Shown here: positions 1 through 17,303 of the stretch, piece after piece
Layout: every line of letters begins with the position of its first letter
Numbering within the stretch: the first letter of the stretch is position 1
DNA from: Moniliella sp. 'wahieum'
Lineage: Eukaryota
Direction of reading: 5' to 3'
Length of the DNA stretch: 64,000 bases
Assembly (NCBI GenBank): GCA_003971905.1
Contig: RSEE01000145.1
Span: 62,001 to 126,000 of the forward strand
Position numbers and translations under genes: made by a program
Notes under the pieces: generated by a model
What the model was told of the DNA's origin: nothing
Database searches by the model: none
The model's input: the letters and a program-made list of their open reading frames with translations, nothing else

Positions 1-110
1 CCGCGGCGGAACCAGCCCATTCCGCCCCGCGCCCCACCGGCCTACCCGTTTAACAACCCCCCGGCAGGACAGCCACCTACCCCCCACGCCTGCACCCCGA
101 GCCACTAGCC

Positions 111-2965
<2,855 letters not shown>

Positions 2966-5259
2966 CAAGCTACGGAGCTACGAGCTACGAGTTAGGAGCT
3001 ACGAGCTGCCCACTGCCACCTGCGAGTTGCCCACGGTAGAACATCCGGCCCCTGTTGTGGATACCAGTCTGCCCGCACCATCGACCATCGACCATCGACC
3101 ATCTCTTTCCCCCTGGGCCGACCTATTGCATGCGCTGTGTGGATGGAGGAATGGAGCATACATACATCAGTGAGCGCGGCAAGGGACTAGCGACTAGGGA
3201 CTAGAGACTCGTGGATGGTGAGCGCTGAGCGATGAGCGTTGAGCGTTGAACGTTAAGCGTTGAGCTAGCACAGAGCTTCTCGCCCTCGTCCTCGCCCGCG
3301 CCCCTGAAGTCAGGCCAGACGTCTGACGCCTGATGTCTGACGCCCACGTACGTGCCAGAACAGAAATAGGGGGGTGGGCAGCGGCTTGGACAGGTCGGCT
3401 TGGGTGGGGCAAAGCCAGCTAACTGCCAGGGATCGTCACCACCTCAATCCGACAGTACCTTGAACCAGTCAGTGCCTTGAGTCTCTCAGGGCCAAGCTGT
3501 AAGCTTCAAGCTTCCAAGCTTCGAGATTCAAGTGTTGCTTGCATTCGGCGCCTGTCGCTCCACGGGGCTACGTGGCACGTCACGTGTGCCACGTGACGTG
3601 GGACATGGGACCTGGGACATGGGACGTGGCGCGTGGGACGTGGGACGGTCGTGCGTCAGTAATACTCAGTGAAGCCTGTCGGAGGACAGCGGTAGATTAG
3701 TAGGCGCCTACACCTGCCCCCCCGCCGCCGGCGCATCGATCCGCGGGGGCAGAGAACAGTCGAGAGAACATCGCGGGTTTTAGGAGCACAAGTACACCTT
3801 TGTGTCCGCACTGTCAGCGCTTCGGTCGCATAGTGTATCAGTACTCAATAGTCCCCCGACATGGCGAAACAAAACAAAAAAAGTATATCCGTTCCTCTCA
3901 TCGAATCGATCTCTCATTTTCAGGTAAGAGGACCGGGAACCTGCCGCCCTCGAGGTAACTCTCTTTCAGGTGATATATGATACCGGTGATGCAATGGAAG
4001 GTGCATGGTGCATGGTGCAGAGGCTCGGTTCCGAAAGGGCGCGAAACCTGGCTTGGCCTTAGGTAGTACCAACCCGAGATGGCGATAGGGATGAACGATG
4101 ATCGATGATCGATGAGGTCGGAGAGAAAAGCAGTGGCCTGCGAAGGCTGTTGGACGTTGGGCAACGGTCAGCCGGTCAGAGGGTCAGCCGGTCAGAGGGT
4201 CAGCCGGTCAGAGTGTCAGAGGGTCAGAGTCAGAGGGTCAGTAACATGTAACCTGCACAAGTAGCCCGTACCACCGTGCCAGGATGCCCTTCCTCTGTGA
4301 TCACACATATGTGACTGCTCCAAGAGCCTCGCTGGGGAACGAAGAGAGGAACGTGGATCCTTCAGATCATGCATCATCCAGCTTTCCGTCCTTCCAACCT
4401 TTCTACCCTCTCGACCCCGTTCCCCGCATGTGCCCACAGTAACTATAGTGACTAGTAACTTTCGGGCATGGAATAGAGGTATCCGGTGTCCGTCAGGTAC
4501 CCCTCCCCCCCACAACGAGTGCGAGCTGGGGTGGTATGCAAGCTCGCGTGATGATTATCTCCGGTGTCTACAAGCGGGAGTACTACGAACATCACGTGGC
4601 GAGGGATGATGGATGAAAGGACGTTATGCACGTTATGCACGTTATGAGCGTTGAAGCTGTTGAAGGTTGAAGACGTTGAAGGTTGAACGGTATGAGACCC
4701 AAGGGCGCGCACGCTCGCTAACACGGAGACGAAACAGTTCTCAACTTTAGAAGTCCGGTACAGGAGAGGGAAAAAAACGTCGAGGAAAATGTAATGTTCA
4801 TGAGCGCGGGGGGTAGGGGGCGAGGGGGGGACGATACGGAGGGTAAAACGATACTCGTTAAACCGTAACCGCGTAACCCCAGAAGAGGGGCAGGTAAAGG
4901 GGACAAGGAAGGAAGCAGTCCACGATCATCGATCATTCACCATCACGCTCTCCAGAAAATAGGCAGGTTACTACAAGGAGTTGGGAGGGAAGGAGCCACG
5001 AACATGTTCATGTCCATGTCCGCAACTGAGTACTGAGTACTGAGTACTGACATGCGACATGTGACAGGAGGATGGTACGTGGTACTCCCACTCCCATGTC
5101 AAACAAGACTAAGACCAAGCTCAAGCTTGAATGACTAGTGACGAGAAGAATACGATGCCGTCACACACACGTAGGTTGGGAACAGAACAGCCGAGCATAC
5201 CGCACGACGGGTACCCGGTACGGGTAGAGGGGTACCGGGTACCGGTTACCGGTTAGAGC

Positions 5260-6132
5260 TTAGAGCAGAAGCCCCGCAGCGGCCACTGCAGCGACAGCCA
5301 TGGCAGTCCCGACCGAAGCTACCCGTTGGGCAACCCCGCTGGTGGAGCTGGATGAAGGCTTAGCCGCGCCCGAGGCCGAGGAGGCAGATGCGTCCAGCTG
5401 CGACGCCTGCGATGCAAAGCTGTTGGCCAACGACGACAGGGATGGGTTGGCAGATGCCTTGGCTGCGGAATAAGTGACGAAGCAAAGCCTTGTCTTGCGA
5501 CGCTTTGGACTCCAACGTCGACCACGCACCCACAGCATCCGACGTGACCGTGCTAAATGCGCCCGCAGTCGGACGTGATGGTCGTCAACGCACCCCCAGC
5601 ACCCGACGTGACAATCGTAAACACGCTCTCGGCACCGGACTTGGCTGTGCTATACGCCCCCGCGGCATCGGACGTGATGGTCGTCAAGGCACCACCTGCA
5701 CCCGACGTGACAATCGTAAATACACTTTCGGCACCAGACTTGGCGGTGCTAAATGCGCCGGCGGCATCGGACGTGAGCGTGGTCAACGCCCCGCCAGCTC
5801 CCGACGTCACAATGGTAAACACACTTTCGGCACCGGAAACGATACCACCACCAGCGGAGGTAACGTCGCTCCCAATGGAACCAATGACCGAGAGGGGATT
5901 GTCTGGTACATGGCACAGCAGGCGCATGGGTATGGGTCAGCGTTTCCCACCTCTCAGACGCATTCGGACGTGGAGCCGCGGGGCCGGGGCGAAGCGGCAA
6001 GGGGGAGAGTAACTAGGAACGCAACGTACCGCGCTTGACCAACCGAGGGGCCGCTGTGACCTGGGGCAGAACGGCAGCGTTGGCGAAGCCAGCGAGGGCG
6101 GCGAGGGAGACGAGGGTAGCAGTGGTGCGCAT
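5260..6132 (-). CDS. Secreted, probably GPI-anchored Ser/Thr/Ala/Gly-rich cell-wall protein with 33-aa repeats
   Basis: Signal peptide MRTTATLVSLAALAGFANA, then ..LVKR (Kex2-like site), intron 6029-5903, about 3 copies of AESVFTIVTSGAGGALTT(I/L)TSDAAGA(F/Y)STAKSG, and a hydrophobic C-terminus ..AMAVAAVAAAGLLL*. Two apparent frameshifts. Confidence 0.8.
5557..5850. repeat. 99-bp coding tandem repeat (about 3 copies)
   Basis: Repeated CCGACGTGACAATCGTAAACAC..TCGGCACC..ACTTGGC.GTGCTA unit. Confidence 0.9.
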
Positions 6133-7939
6133 TGCGAGTGGCGAAGTGAGGTGGTGGGGGAGAAAGATGGCGGAGAGGGGCTGAGGCGCTGAGGCTGGGG
6201 GGGGATGGTGGATGTTGAGCCAGTCTAATAAAGAGGGTAAAGTGAAGGGTGAAGCTGAAGGGGGGCTGTGGCTGTGCTGGTGCTTGAGCGGCTGAGGCGC
6301 CAAGGCGCGAAGGCGTGACGCGACGCATGGCATGTGGCATGCCTAAGTCACTAGTCACTGGGACGTGGGAGGCGGCCATGCGAATGCGGCGGCAGGGGGC
6401 AAGTGTGGGGGCGCCGGCTACGCTGCGCAGGATGCAGGACGCGCGGCGGGCGGCCGTGGCGGCGGCGCTTGCTCGTGCTCGTACGGCGCCGTGTGGCTGA
6501 TGGCGTCAGGGGGCTGGTGCCGGTTGGACGTTGGGTACGTTGGACGTTGGCGGGACACTGGGCCGGCGCGGCTGGGATCCCCAAACGCCCAAATTCGGGC
6601 CAGCGCCCAACAGAGCTGTGGAGAGGCGGTGGCGCAGCCACGGATCGACTGGACAGCTGGCCCCACGCCTCACGCCTCACGCCCCGCGCTGCCCCAGCGA
6701 TGGTCGATGACTCTGACTCTGACTCTGAGATCTGACTATATGACTAGTAACTCGCTGATCAATGACCAATGCACGGTTACTGTGCCATGTGGCATGTGGC
6801 ATGTGGCATGTGACGAGGATGCATGCTCGGCGTCGCAGCGGTGTTCGGCCGCTTGGCGTGCGGCTGCGAGAAGCTGCGAGAAGCTGCGAGAAGCTGCGAA
6901 AGGGACGCTGCGGATGCGCGCCTCGCCCGCTTCTGTCGGTCTGCCCAGGATGCGCAGACACTAGGGTTGGACAGTGGGCATACAATGAATATGAAATTGA
7001 ACATTGAACGTTCAAGTGGATCGTTGTGGACCCGGAACCCGCCGCGTCCCTCACCCGTTCGCACCGCCCTAGGCCAGGCGGCATGCATCACAACGAGGGT
7101 TATCGAGGATCGATGACGCAATGCCCGTGTCCCGCATTGCCACTTGGATGCGGCTTGAAATTGGAATCTGAAGGCTTGACTTGTCAGAAGGCCGAGAGCG
7201 GTACACGCGAGAATACACGCCAGCGCGCACACGATGGCCATCCAAATCCAACATCGGCCATCCTTGGTCAGTGTGATCCAGCTGCGACGTGTCTAGCACA
7301 CCAGACTGCGGCCGCATCCCCTTGTCGCGCCCCCCCGCCCGCGCCAACCCCAAGACCAACCAACCAGATATCCCGCACAAGCACACCCACTACCGCATGT
7401 TGTATGCCAGGCAGACGCAGACGAGACGGACGCACCACTTCTCAATCCGCCACGCCATCCCCCCATGGCCCAATGCTATGGCTATTCGCCGGTACAGCAC
7501 ACTAAGGTAGTCATCATCGCTCCTTCATCAACACAAACACAACACACACATTCAACGACCAAGTTCATCCGAGAGAAAAATGTATGCAAGGAAAGTGTAC
7601 ACAGATAGGATGCGAGAAACGCAGACGAGGGTATTCCAGCTTGGCGCGCCAAGCAAAGCAGACACGGACGCACAGCACGTGAACAAGCACCTTTGCGCCA
7701 ATGGACATGCAAATGCGTCGAGGAAGAAATGAGAGGGGGGCGGAAACAAGTCGTCGTCATCCTGCCAAGGGCAACGCGAAGTAGGTAGGCAAGTTCGCTC
7801 CCTGAAGTGTGGGGCGCCAACAAAGTCTCCAGCGCGGGTATGGGCCACAAGTGCAACCGCAACCGCAACCGCAATCACAAGAGCAAGGGTAATAGGTCAT
7901 TCAAAGCAAACGAAGGAAAAGAAGTGGCAGTGGCCGACG

Positions 7940-10004
7940 CTAAGCCGACCCCACCTGGTCCGTTGACTCGTCCAAAGAGTGGGAGGGGGAACTGATCCTT
8001 ACCTGCGGTCGGTGGTGGAACAGTTCCTGAGCCGCAGCACGCGTCGTAGCGCGATCCAAGTCTTCCGCAATAGGTTCCGGAGTATCTTCCTCTGGTGTCA
8101 AGTCACCAGCCAGCCGCTTGGCACGCATCTGGTGCACGTGCGCGACCACTTCCCGTCCGAGCGTAGCCACCTCAGCCTCGTGCCGCCGCATAATCTCCGC
8201 GTGCAGCGGTGGCTCCGAACTAAGTCGCTGTTTGGCCAGGAGCGCGTACCCCCACGCTCCACTGACAGGAACAGAGTCTGCCTCTGGATCGGTCACCCTC
8301 CGAGCGGGAATCCGCGTGCCATCAAGTAATGTCACCATCCCTGTCCCGCCAGGTCGAGCGGCAAGAACTAAGTCCCGTCGGCGCTGACGCTCAACCGGGT
8401 CGAGCTCCCGACGCCGCGGCGTATCGCTCAGACTTCGTCGTGAGCCCAGAGGCGCAGGTCGCTTAGGCGCCGACTGACGCACCGTCTCCACTGCCCCCAT
8501 CGTCTCCGTTCGTCGTAGTCCAAGTCGCGTAGGGGGGAGCATAGAGGTGTCAGAGTGGTACCGCCGTAACTTGATCGCGTGTTTGATGCGCCTGCAAACC
8601 AATGTGGTAAACAATGTGGCAGTGGTAGTGGTAGTGGTAGTGTTAGTATCCCAGTAAGGAATATGGAGAAAAAGTATACGTACCAAGCCGACCCTCGGGA
8701 CCGGTGCGCCGGGTTGCCTGGCTCATGCACCGACTGGGAATCAGTCTTATCGAAGGCAGGGGTATCGTCCTGCGTGTCCAAGGACGGTTGGGACGCAGAA
8801 GAGGGAAGCGCATCCGCGCCATCTTCCCGGTCAAATTAACGTCCAGAAGACCGAGCTAAAGTAGCCCCGTTCCTCTTCCACCCACGGCACCGGAAGGGGC
8901 GCAAAGTGAATTTTACCGTGCGAGCCATCGGGGCCTGAAGCAGCCGAGACAGCCTGGGTAGAACGCGCACGACAAGGTACAACAAGTCCATCGGACAAAG
9001 CTTGGGCCGCAGTCATCGAACGTCGGGTATTGATAATGGCATTGATTGCCGCCAGCTCCTCAGCATTGAGCCAGCCATCGTTATCCTCTGGCTCTTCCTC
9101 CGACTCGTCGTCAACGGGCGCGGGAGCGGACCTGCGGCGAAACAGCCTGTGTCGTCCAGAGGGCGAAGTGGAGGGTGTACGTGCACGGTCGAGAATCATC
9201 TGCCTACGCTCGGCTAGCGCAGTTTTCCGCACTTGTCTCTCGGCCTCACGTTTCTTCTCCAACGATGGAATGTACGTCGTAGATCCACTGCCTGTACTCC
9301 ACCCGCCCAGAATGGCCATCTGCGCATTAAAGTTGATATCGGCCATACCGAGTAACATGGCAACCTTTCCCATACCCAGAGCCTTTGCGCTTCCTTCTCC
9401 CGTAACCGAGCCTCGGCCTTTTGGCGCGCACGCGCTCGGTCCCGCTCACGCTGCTGCGCTTGTTCTTTCCGTAACGCCGTCTCGGGATCCGGCTCGGACG
9501 TCACGGCCCGGATCCGCGTACGCACACGCCCGTTCTCATCCACGTTCGAAAATGATACGGGAACGTACGGCTCACGTGGAGAGGGTTGCGCAGGATCCCG
9601 CTCGAGGGCGGGGGGGAGAGCGAGTGGGAGCGCGACTGGGAGCGCGACTGGGAGCGCGACTGGGAACGGGAACGGGAAGGGGAGGGGGAACGAGAGTGGG
9701 AACGGACAAAAGTAGAAGGCGAGGGACGGGAAGAAGAAGTGGAACCGGTGGGAGTGGGAGTGGGACCATGCTCAGTGGGGGGGGCGGTAAGAAAAGGTGT
9801 ATGGTCAGGACTGGAACAACGTGGCAGTGGCAATGGTAGCGCAAGCTCCTCGTCGCTGGATGTGAGATCGAGAGTGGAGGGGCGAGGGAGGCGAGGGAGG
9901 AAGAGCGGGACAGGGTGGGAAGAGCGAGCGCGTCGAGCAACGGTTTAGGCTCGTCGAGGGAGCGTGGGCTGGGCGGCAGGCGGAGGCGGTGGAACGGCGG
10001 CCAT
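7940..10004 (-). CDS. Hypothetical protein (Ser/Arg-rich N-terminus, charged helix, possible hydrophobic segment), multiply frameshifted
   Basis: Consecutive coding-like minus-strand ORF pieces 9501-9833, 9214-9543, 8831-9373 (..GKIHFAPLP..), 8428-8781 and 7940-8686; candidate ATG at 10004. Confidence 0.55.
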
Positions 10005-13000
10005 GGAATGGCAGAAGTTGGCAAGTGAGGAAAATGAGGAAAATGAGGAAAATGAGGAAAAGGAGGAAAGTAGCGGTGAGGGTGGTGGAGGGAAGACGAA
10101 AGGGGGGCAAGCGGGCAACGGCACCAGGGCGGTCGCTTTTCGTTTTTGGCAAAGGGGGCCGATGGGCGGTAGGCGGTAGGCGTTGGGCGTTGGGGGGGGG
10201 GTTGGGCAACAAATCTGGAACGGCAAATGGACGCGGACGTTGCCCAAGACCTAAGGCCTGGCCGTTCTTTGGCCAGCGACCAGCGACGATGAATCATGCA
10301 TCATGCATGCATCAGCCAAAGCACGTGGGCACCTGCTACTTTGGGGGGCAGATCCATTGAGCGCCTGGCGCGTTCTACGTCTGCGGTCTGCGCTCCTGGC
10401 CTGGTACAATGTTGCATGGCCGGCACTTGGCTGGCGCGTCATCGAGTCATCGATCTAGTCATCGACCATCTGTCCGGACTCACCCGTCGTCACGCGTCAC
10501 GCATCACGTGCCTCCCCACCCCTGGACGGCCCACAGCTACTGTGCGGCGCACGACGCGGGCCAAATGCGCCGACCTGTTCGGCCTCGTGGACTGAAACAC
10601 GTGGCATGTGACCGCAATGTCACGTGTCACACTCACACTCACATGTCACATGTCACAGTCCCTAGTCCCTAGTCACTGCACTTGTTCTCTCGCTCCCGCT
10701 CTGGCTCGCGGCACTCGCGCACCACAGCTGCCTCAGATCTTGGGATCTTGGAATAGAAGCCGAGCCAGGTTCCGAGAATGCGAGGCGCAAGGTCCATGCG
10801 GGGTATGGTGTAGCAGGTTATATACCCCAGTGGCCAGTGGTACGCGCCCAAGGCCTTACGCCTTACGCCTTACGCGTCAAGCTGCTTAAAGCTTAAAGGA
10901 CCAGAGCACTGTCCCAACTGTCACACTCAGACTCAGCAGCAGGCAACCAGTATGCAGCCCCCCCCCCCCCCAAAGCGTCTTTTTTTACACGGGCCCCATG
11001 CCTGCCATCTTTCGCCATTTTTCCCAAGGGCTTAAAGTCTACTTTTTATTAAGGAGCCTCCGGCTCAAGCTTCAGCTGAAGTGCTTTCAGCCATTCACAT
11101 TCAGCGTAGCGCCTCAGCTTCCCCGGATTCCCCGCTTCCCCAGTTCCCCTTTTCCCCAGTTCCCCTTTTCCCCAGTTCCCCTTTTCCCCAGTTCCCCTTT
11201 TCCACTACCGGGTACTGGAACCTCCGGATTGGTTGGTCTACGTAGAGCCGGATGCCTTTATGGCGCCCCTTTAACGTTTAACGTTACGCGTTACCCCTTC
11301 CCCCCTCGGTGTAACATGCAACCGGTAACTTCCGAAGCCCCTGTGCCTGTGCATAATCGATTCGATGAACCCCTTTTTCTCCTGCCCAACTGTGGTCCAA
11401 GTGCCTCGACGTACGTTCAACGTTGAAGTTCAACGTTCAATGTACACGTTCATCATTCAACCACCCATTTTCGTCACTACATTGCCTGCTACTCTACTCC
11501 GCCAGAGGCTCCCAACCCAATGCTTGAATCCTTAGTCCTCCCTCTTGAACCTTTTCGACCGTTTTAGTGCCAACTACCAAGGCCTAAGGCAAAAGCACAG
11601 AGAGTCCACCACTGTAGATTCTTCTTTTAATCAGCAAACGTCCCACCACACCATCTCTCTTCAAGCTTCACTACGAATACTAGTTGACGGTCCATTGCTC
11701 TGTGCAGGAAGCATAAAAGTAGAAGTTTGGCGATGGAAGGCACCACAGGGGAACGATCTCGGGCTCGGTCATAGGAGTGGATTAAGAGCGAGTGTGGAGG
11801 AAGGGGAGGATCATGCATTACGCAGGGGTTGAAGTAATCCACGGTATATAGAGAAGAAGTCGATGCTGCTGGTGGAGCCGCTAATGGGCCCACATATGCT
11901 ATGGAGGCTAGAATAGTATGGGGGAAGCAGGTGGCCAAAGTGGGAAGAGGGAGGGGAAGCAAAGTGGTAACCCGGTGTGGAGGACAGCGTATCAAAAGAG
12001 AAAAGTGAGAGCAAACGCGGTGGCGGTAACATACAAGGTTTGTACCTCCGGTGTAACTCAGGTGTGATGTAGTGGCCGTTTGGGGAGAGAGGGATGAAGG
12101 AAGGAGAGAAGGGGACATCGATGGCTGTACCACCACATCCAGGGGCAGGGGGGTTCATTGGTGGAATAGACGCCCACCGGCGCACTGGTAGCGACCAATC
12201 ATGTCAGACCTTTGGACGCGAGATGGAGAAGCACGCGATGGTGGAGACTGAGTATGCGGGACAGTCAAGGTGAGGTGCTTAGTTACGGTCTACCAGCCAC
12301 CAGTCGGAGGATAAACTTGAGGAGCTCACTGCCCTCGGTGCCCATCCCTGCTACCGGGGTCGCTGGTCGCTATGACGGTCACGATCTTGGCTGCTACAGT
12401 ATCATTCTCACAGGCTACTGTTACTGTGTTTTCTAACTCGCACGGGACTTCCAAGTGGGTCCCATCCATCCCCGGGCATGGCTCCCCACCAAACGACGAA
12501 ACGCACGCGCTCGGAATCGACCTTTACCGGTTACCACTGGCACATGATGCATGATGCATGGCCAAGTTTGGGAACCTTGCCCTACGTCTACCCATCCCTG
12601 TCCATGCATCCACGCACCTTTTCCCAACCCGAGTAGTCTAGCGCAACATCCATCCAGCAAGCTTCAAGGCAGCCTGCGAAGCCGCAGCTCTTCAACGCGG
12701 ACATGTACATCTGTACATCTGTACATCTGTACATCATCTCAACGTTCAACCCCTCCGCACCTCATCCCAGGACCAGCGCCTCACCTTCCCCGGCGGCATC
12801 TCTGTCATGCACATCTGGTCCTGGTGCGGGCGTAAGGGCAGGCAGGGTCAGTGCATCGGCCGGTGCCTCGCCCTGCACTGCGCTCACCGCCCCAGGAAGC
12901 AGGTACGAGATGGCCCCACCATCGATCGGGGGGGGTGGACTGGTACCCCAGCGTCAACTTGCAGCGGACACATTGCACGCGGTACTGTCGCTCCAACTTT

Positions 13001-13867
13001 TCAGCCCTGCAATCGTTACTCACCAAAGGGGGAGGGGGGAGGCGTGTGTCAGACGTCAGATGTCAGTACTCAGTGGTTTTCTCTTCTCTGCCCGTAGCGT
13101 GGCAAGCTCAAGGAGGGTAAGTACTAAGTACTCTAAGTACGCACCGTCGTACATATACCGCCGGTCCGGGCTCAGCATTCCACTGAAACGTCCTTCCCTT
13201 TGCGCGCGACAAGACGTACGCCCCGTCGGCTGGACGGCGCGGACACTGTTCCACCGACCCGTTCATCACCAGCGCAAATTCGCCACATAAGCAGTAATAC
13301 ACACGTGCGTCCTGTGCTCAGCCGATGTCAGTCCCTCACTTCTCACTCCTCACTTCCCCCGCCATGTAAAGGGTCACGCACAGTTGCCGGCATTGTGAAC
13401 ACGGGAAGGGGGGAGACACAAAGCCTCACAGCCTCACAAGGTCTTCGGATGGTCGAGGTGGGAACGGCCCCGATGGTGACGATGAGCGAGCGGACGCGTT
13501 CACGAGCCGGGATGATCGATGATCGATGATCACGCGTCAGGGTCAAAAGGAAGAAGAAAGATTGAAACCAAGTTATTTACCCCACCATAGCCCAATCCCA
13601 GTCGTCTGATGCGCTGCTCACAATTTACCAGAGATGGCCCCCAGTCCAACAATCCTGATACACTACGGATGCTTCCTCGGTCGTTCTAACCTACTGGTAC
13701 TTACCCCAACGTTCAACTCCAGGACATCCATTGGACCGCACAGCCATATGCCCACATTGGTAGTGATCAGATGGGGGGGGACAGAAGGATCATCGATCAG
13801 ACAGGACAAAAAAACCAGGGGGGGGAGAGAAAGGCCCCACCCCACAGTAGAAAAGAAAAAGAAAAAC

Positions 13868-14281
13868 TTAATTAAGCCCGTAATGGTTGAAGGCCTCGTC
13901 CTCCGCATGCTTCTTGGCCCGCTCACGGTCGACGAAGTCCAGTCCCTTCGTCTCCACTAGACGGTCAAGACCAGCACCCACAAAGCCGGCAAGAACCTCC
14001 TTGGCCTTGGCGTGGTCGTCAGGCTCGCCGTTCTTGGCCTTGTGCTCCTCGTACGCTGTACATACACCCTTTGTTAGTCATATAGATCATCAACAAATAG
14101 CGCTAGTAGGATGTATATGGTGATTGGCTGGAAGAGAATTAGACGAAAATCTGAACGCACACTTAGCTGCTTCGTAGGCAATCCCGCCACCAATCAGCTC
14201 GTGGGAGAGCTTGGCCTTGTGCTCCTCCGAACCGTCATACGCATTGACCTGGTTGTAGCTGTCCTCGCTGAAGAACCCCAT
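13868..14281 (-). CDS. CipC-like (DUF3759) small protein
   Basis: MGFFSEDSYNQVNAYDGSEEHKAKLSHELIGGGIAYEAAK, intron 14160-14056, then SYEEHKAKNGEPDDHAKAKEVLAGFVGAGLDRLVETKGLDFVDRERAKKHAEDEAFNHYGLN*. SHELIGG and ETKGLD are typical CipC motifs. Confidence 0.92.
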
Positions 14282-15515
14282 GTTGGATAAGTAGACTTTT
14301 GTGACAGGTGCGGTGAGAGGCGAGGGTGTGGTAAAAAAGGACGAGGGACGAGGGATGGTGGGTATGGCGGTGTTCAGCCCCAGGACAGAGGCTCTTTTAT
14401 ATTTTTGTTTGGTATCCGGTGGGGAGAGAAAAAGTGTAGTGCGAGTGCGCACAGACGCATTGCATTGTTACATGTTACATCTTTGGATGGTACACACCAC
14501 CGGAAACTCCTTATGCCTTTGCATCCATCCTTTTGTGGGGCCAGTTGGCATCTACATATAGCCCCTTCCCCCAAACTGGCAGCGAGTGCCTAGTTACTAT
14601 AGTTACTAGTTATCGATTATCGAAGGGCATTTTATGCATAACTGATGGATAGCCCCTGGCCTTCATAGGGTCTATTCTATCCGCTCCGATGGCTTGCTCC
14701 ACACAACCATGATCGAGCAGCGACCATGTACCCACAGAGCATATACGTCCCGAGCGTATATACATACGTTACCTCTATACTCCGTACTGCAACCGTAACA
14801 TGCATAACATTCAATATTCACAGTAGAGCGTAAGGCTGGGACACAGAAACGCTACGCCTAAACAGACCCGTTCATCCGGCGTGGGTTGCATGTTACCGTC
14901 AACCCCGTTTAAGGAACCAGGGGAATCATTAATCGCAGGAGATCAGGGTCCTCTGCTGCCCGCCATCTGCATCCGTTCCCATACCGAGGAAGCGCGTGTG
15001 GATACGGATCGATGAACATTCAGTTGAACGTTGAAGGTTGAACGTGTACGCTAGTATATTTCTTGAGCGTCTCACTCAGTGATGGTACGCACCGTCCTCG
15101 CTTGATCACAACAATGAACTTGAGAGGGGAGTCATTGGTCGCTGTCGATCCATGAGATGGATTCATCAGCATCCCCGACATTGGCCACACTCCCTGTCGC
15201 AAGAGAGGACGGGGGTAGATTGAGAGAGATTTCGGATCCCGGGTTTTCCACTCTGAGGACTTCAACTTTCGGGTACAGCTTGTGCTGTGATCAAATCAAC
15301 ACGCTCATGCACAGAAGCGCAACCGCAGACCCAGCCGCCTCTCTCCCCATTGCACATTACATTGGACGATGGGGTAGACATCGATGTCGATGTTTATATC
15401 AAGAGTACGTGTCTGTGGGCTTGGCTCAAGGGCGTCGGTTTGGCCCCCTGGGAATCTATTCTATGCCACAATAGGATAAATGAAGGAGTGTCATGACTAT
15501 TAGTAGTTTGACTCC

Positions 15516-17303
15516 TTAGGCTTGGGGACTGGCCCCCAGGCCGTGGAGATAAAGGAAATTCCTCAGGTCACGGAGACCTTCTGTTTTCCCCTGGACCAGG
15601 ACCGTAGCCTGACCCGATCCGAGACCCGAGTTGAGGTCTTTGCGGATGACGGGGTTGTCGCCACAGAGGACGCGGGTCGCGACGCGGTGGAGGGTGGGCA
15701 GGTCGACCTGATCGATCTGGGCACACATTTCCTCCACACTGGTTCGTTTGTTGTCTGCGAGTAGCTGGCGCCCCAGATCCTCCACCTGAACCAATCGGCT
15801 TTCCAGCGACATGACCAAACTGCTCTTGAGTTGGTTCCGAGCGCGTGCCAGCTCAATCTCTGTCACGCCCCCTTGGTATTCCATGGGCGCAGTGCACTTG
15901 ATTAGCTCCTGCGCGATCACGTAGCCAATGCTGCCCACAAAACTCGGGTGCACACTGGCTGCAATGCCAAACAGACCCGAATCATTGTAACAATGGTGGA
16001 AAGCACTGCAGTGCTCCACTGCGTGGAATCGGTTGAGCACATTCGTGTACAGACGCGAGTACATCCCCTTGCCCGGACCTCCGGCGCTGAAGGAACCACC
16101 CCCACCAAGGAGAACTTGGAGGGTAGCCAACGCATACAGATCCGGATCATGCACATTGACCCCCTCAAACCCAACGTAGACATGAGTGAACTCCGAAGCC
16201 GCATCCTCGACAAGAGCTCCCCACCGGTATAGCGCGCTTTTTCCGTTGCGATAGCACTCCAGTCTGACGGCGAGCCCGAGGGTGCATCAAAGATCGTGTC
16301 GGGAGCATAGGATGACGTGCTGGCAAGCGAAGACGCGGAAGAAATCGACCCAGTGTCCGATACGGGGCGCGCAGGCATACCACCGAACAGTTTTTCCACT
16401 TCTTCAACCAGGACCTGGTGGTCCATCCCCGCCCCGGCTACTACCATCCGCTCGGGAGAGTACCACAGTTTGCGGAACTCGCGCAAGTTGTCGGCCGTCA
16501 TTTGGGCCACACTCTCAGGGGGGGCAAGGAGAGGGTTGCCAAGCGTGTTTCCCTTGTAGGCTACAGCATGCAAGACCTCAGGCAGGTTGAGCTCAGGCTT
16601 GCTCGTGCACTCTGACACTTCCCAAGTCACGGCATCCTTCATCAGTGCCAGCTCCTCATCATCAAGCAGAGGGCGCAGGAGCGTGTCGGCAAAGATGGAA
16701 AGTACGGGGCGGAGATCCTCGCTAAAGAAGGAAGCTTGGTACAGGATTGACTCGCGGGCCGACGTACACATCACGTTGCTGCCCACTGCATCAATGGCCT
16801 TGACCATCTCCTCGGCTGAGCGGTGGTGGCCTGCACGCAGCGTCAGTATTGTGTGAGCCAGCAACCATCAGAACACACACCTTAAATGCCATGCGGTCTG
16901 TCATGTGTGACACCCCGCTCTCTCCAGGCACCCACACCCGCTCGTAGCGCGATCCAGCATCAACATAAACTCCCGCAGCAGAAAAGTGGCCCGGGGTTGC
17001 GTCAGACGCAACGCGGAGACCATTGGGGAGGGTAGTGACTTGCGTCAGAACTTCGGAAGAGAAGGGCGGATTGGACACCACATTCTGCCTCATCGAAGGG
17101 GAGAGGGCGAGGTGGGATCGGGCAGAGGAGGAGAGGTGAGAGCGAGCGGGCAGTGGGCTTTGGGCGGCGGCCGACAAGGTACGCGCTACACCCTGGGGGC
17201 TGAGCTGTACTCGTGGCGGGCATATCGTGGATAGGGAGCGAGTGATCATCCCGAGCATCTTCCCCGGCATCGCGGGGCGCACGGGCGTTACCGGCAGTCG
17301 CAT
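15516..17303 (-). CDS. MAS2: Mitochondrial processing peptidase alpha subunit (M16 family)
   Basis: Arg/Ser-rich presequence; QVTTLPNGLRVAS..GVYVDAGSRYE..GVSHMTDRMAFK; glycine loop LLGGGGSFSAGGPGKGMYSRLYTNVLN; ARNQLKSSLVMSLESR. Intron 16880-16831; frameshifts near 16825 and 16200. Confidence 0.96.

Noticed and set aside
8831..9373. ..AILGGWSTGSGSTTYI resembling a tyrosine-recombinase C-terminal motif (Crypton/DIRS)
   Set aside because: No upstream HxxR or catalytic Arg box; the context is a low-complexity host-type protein
10900..13600. Numerous 60-195-aa ORFs in the long intergenic stretch
   Set aside because: No recognisable domains or splice-consistent models; consistent with GC-rich non-coding DNA
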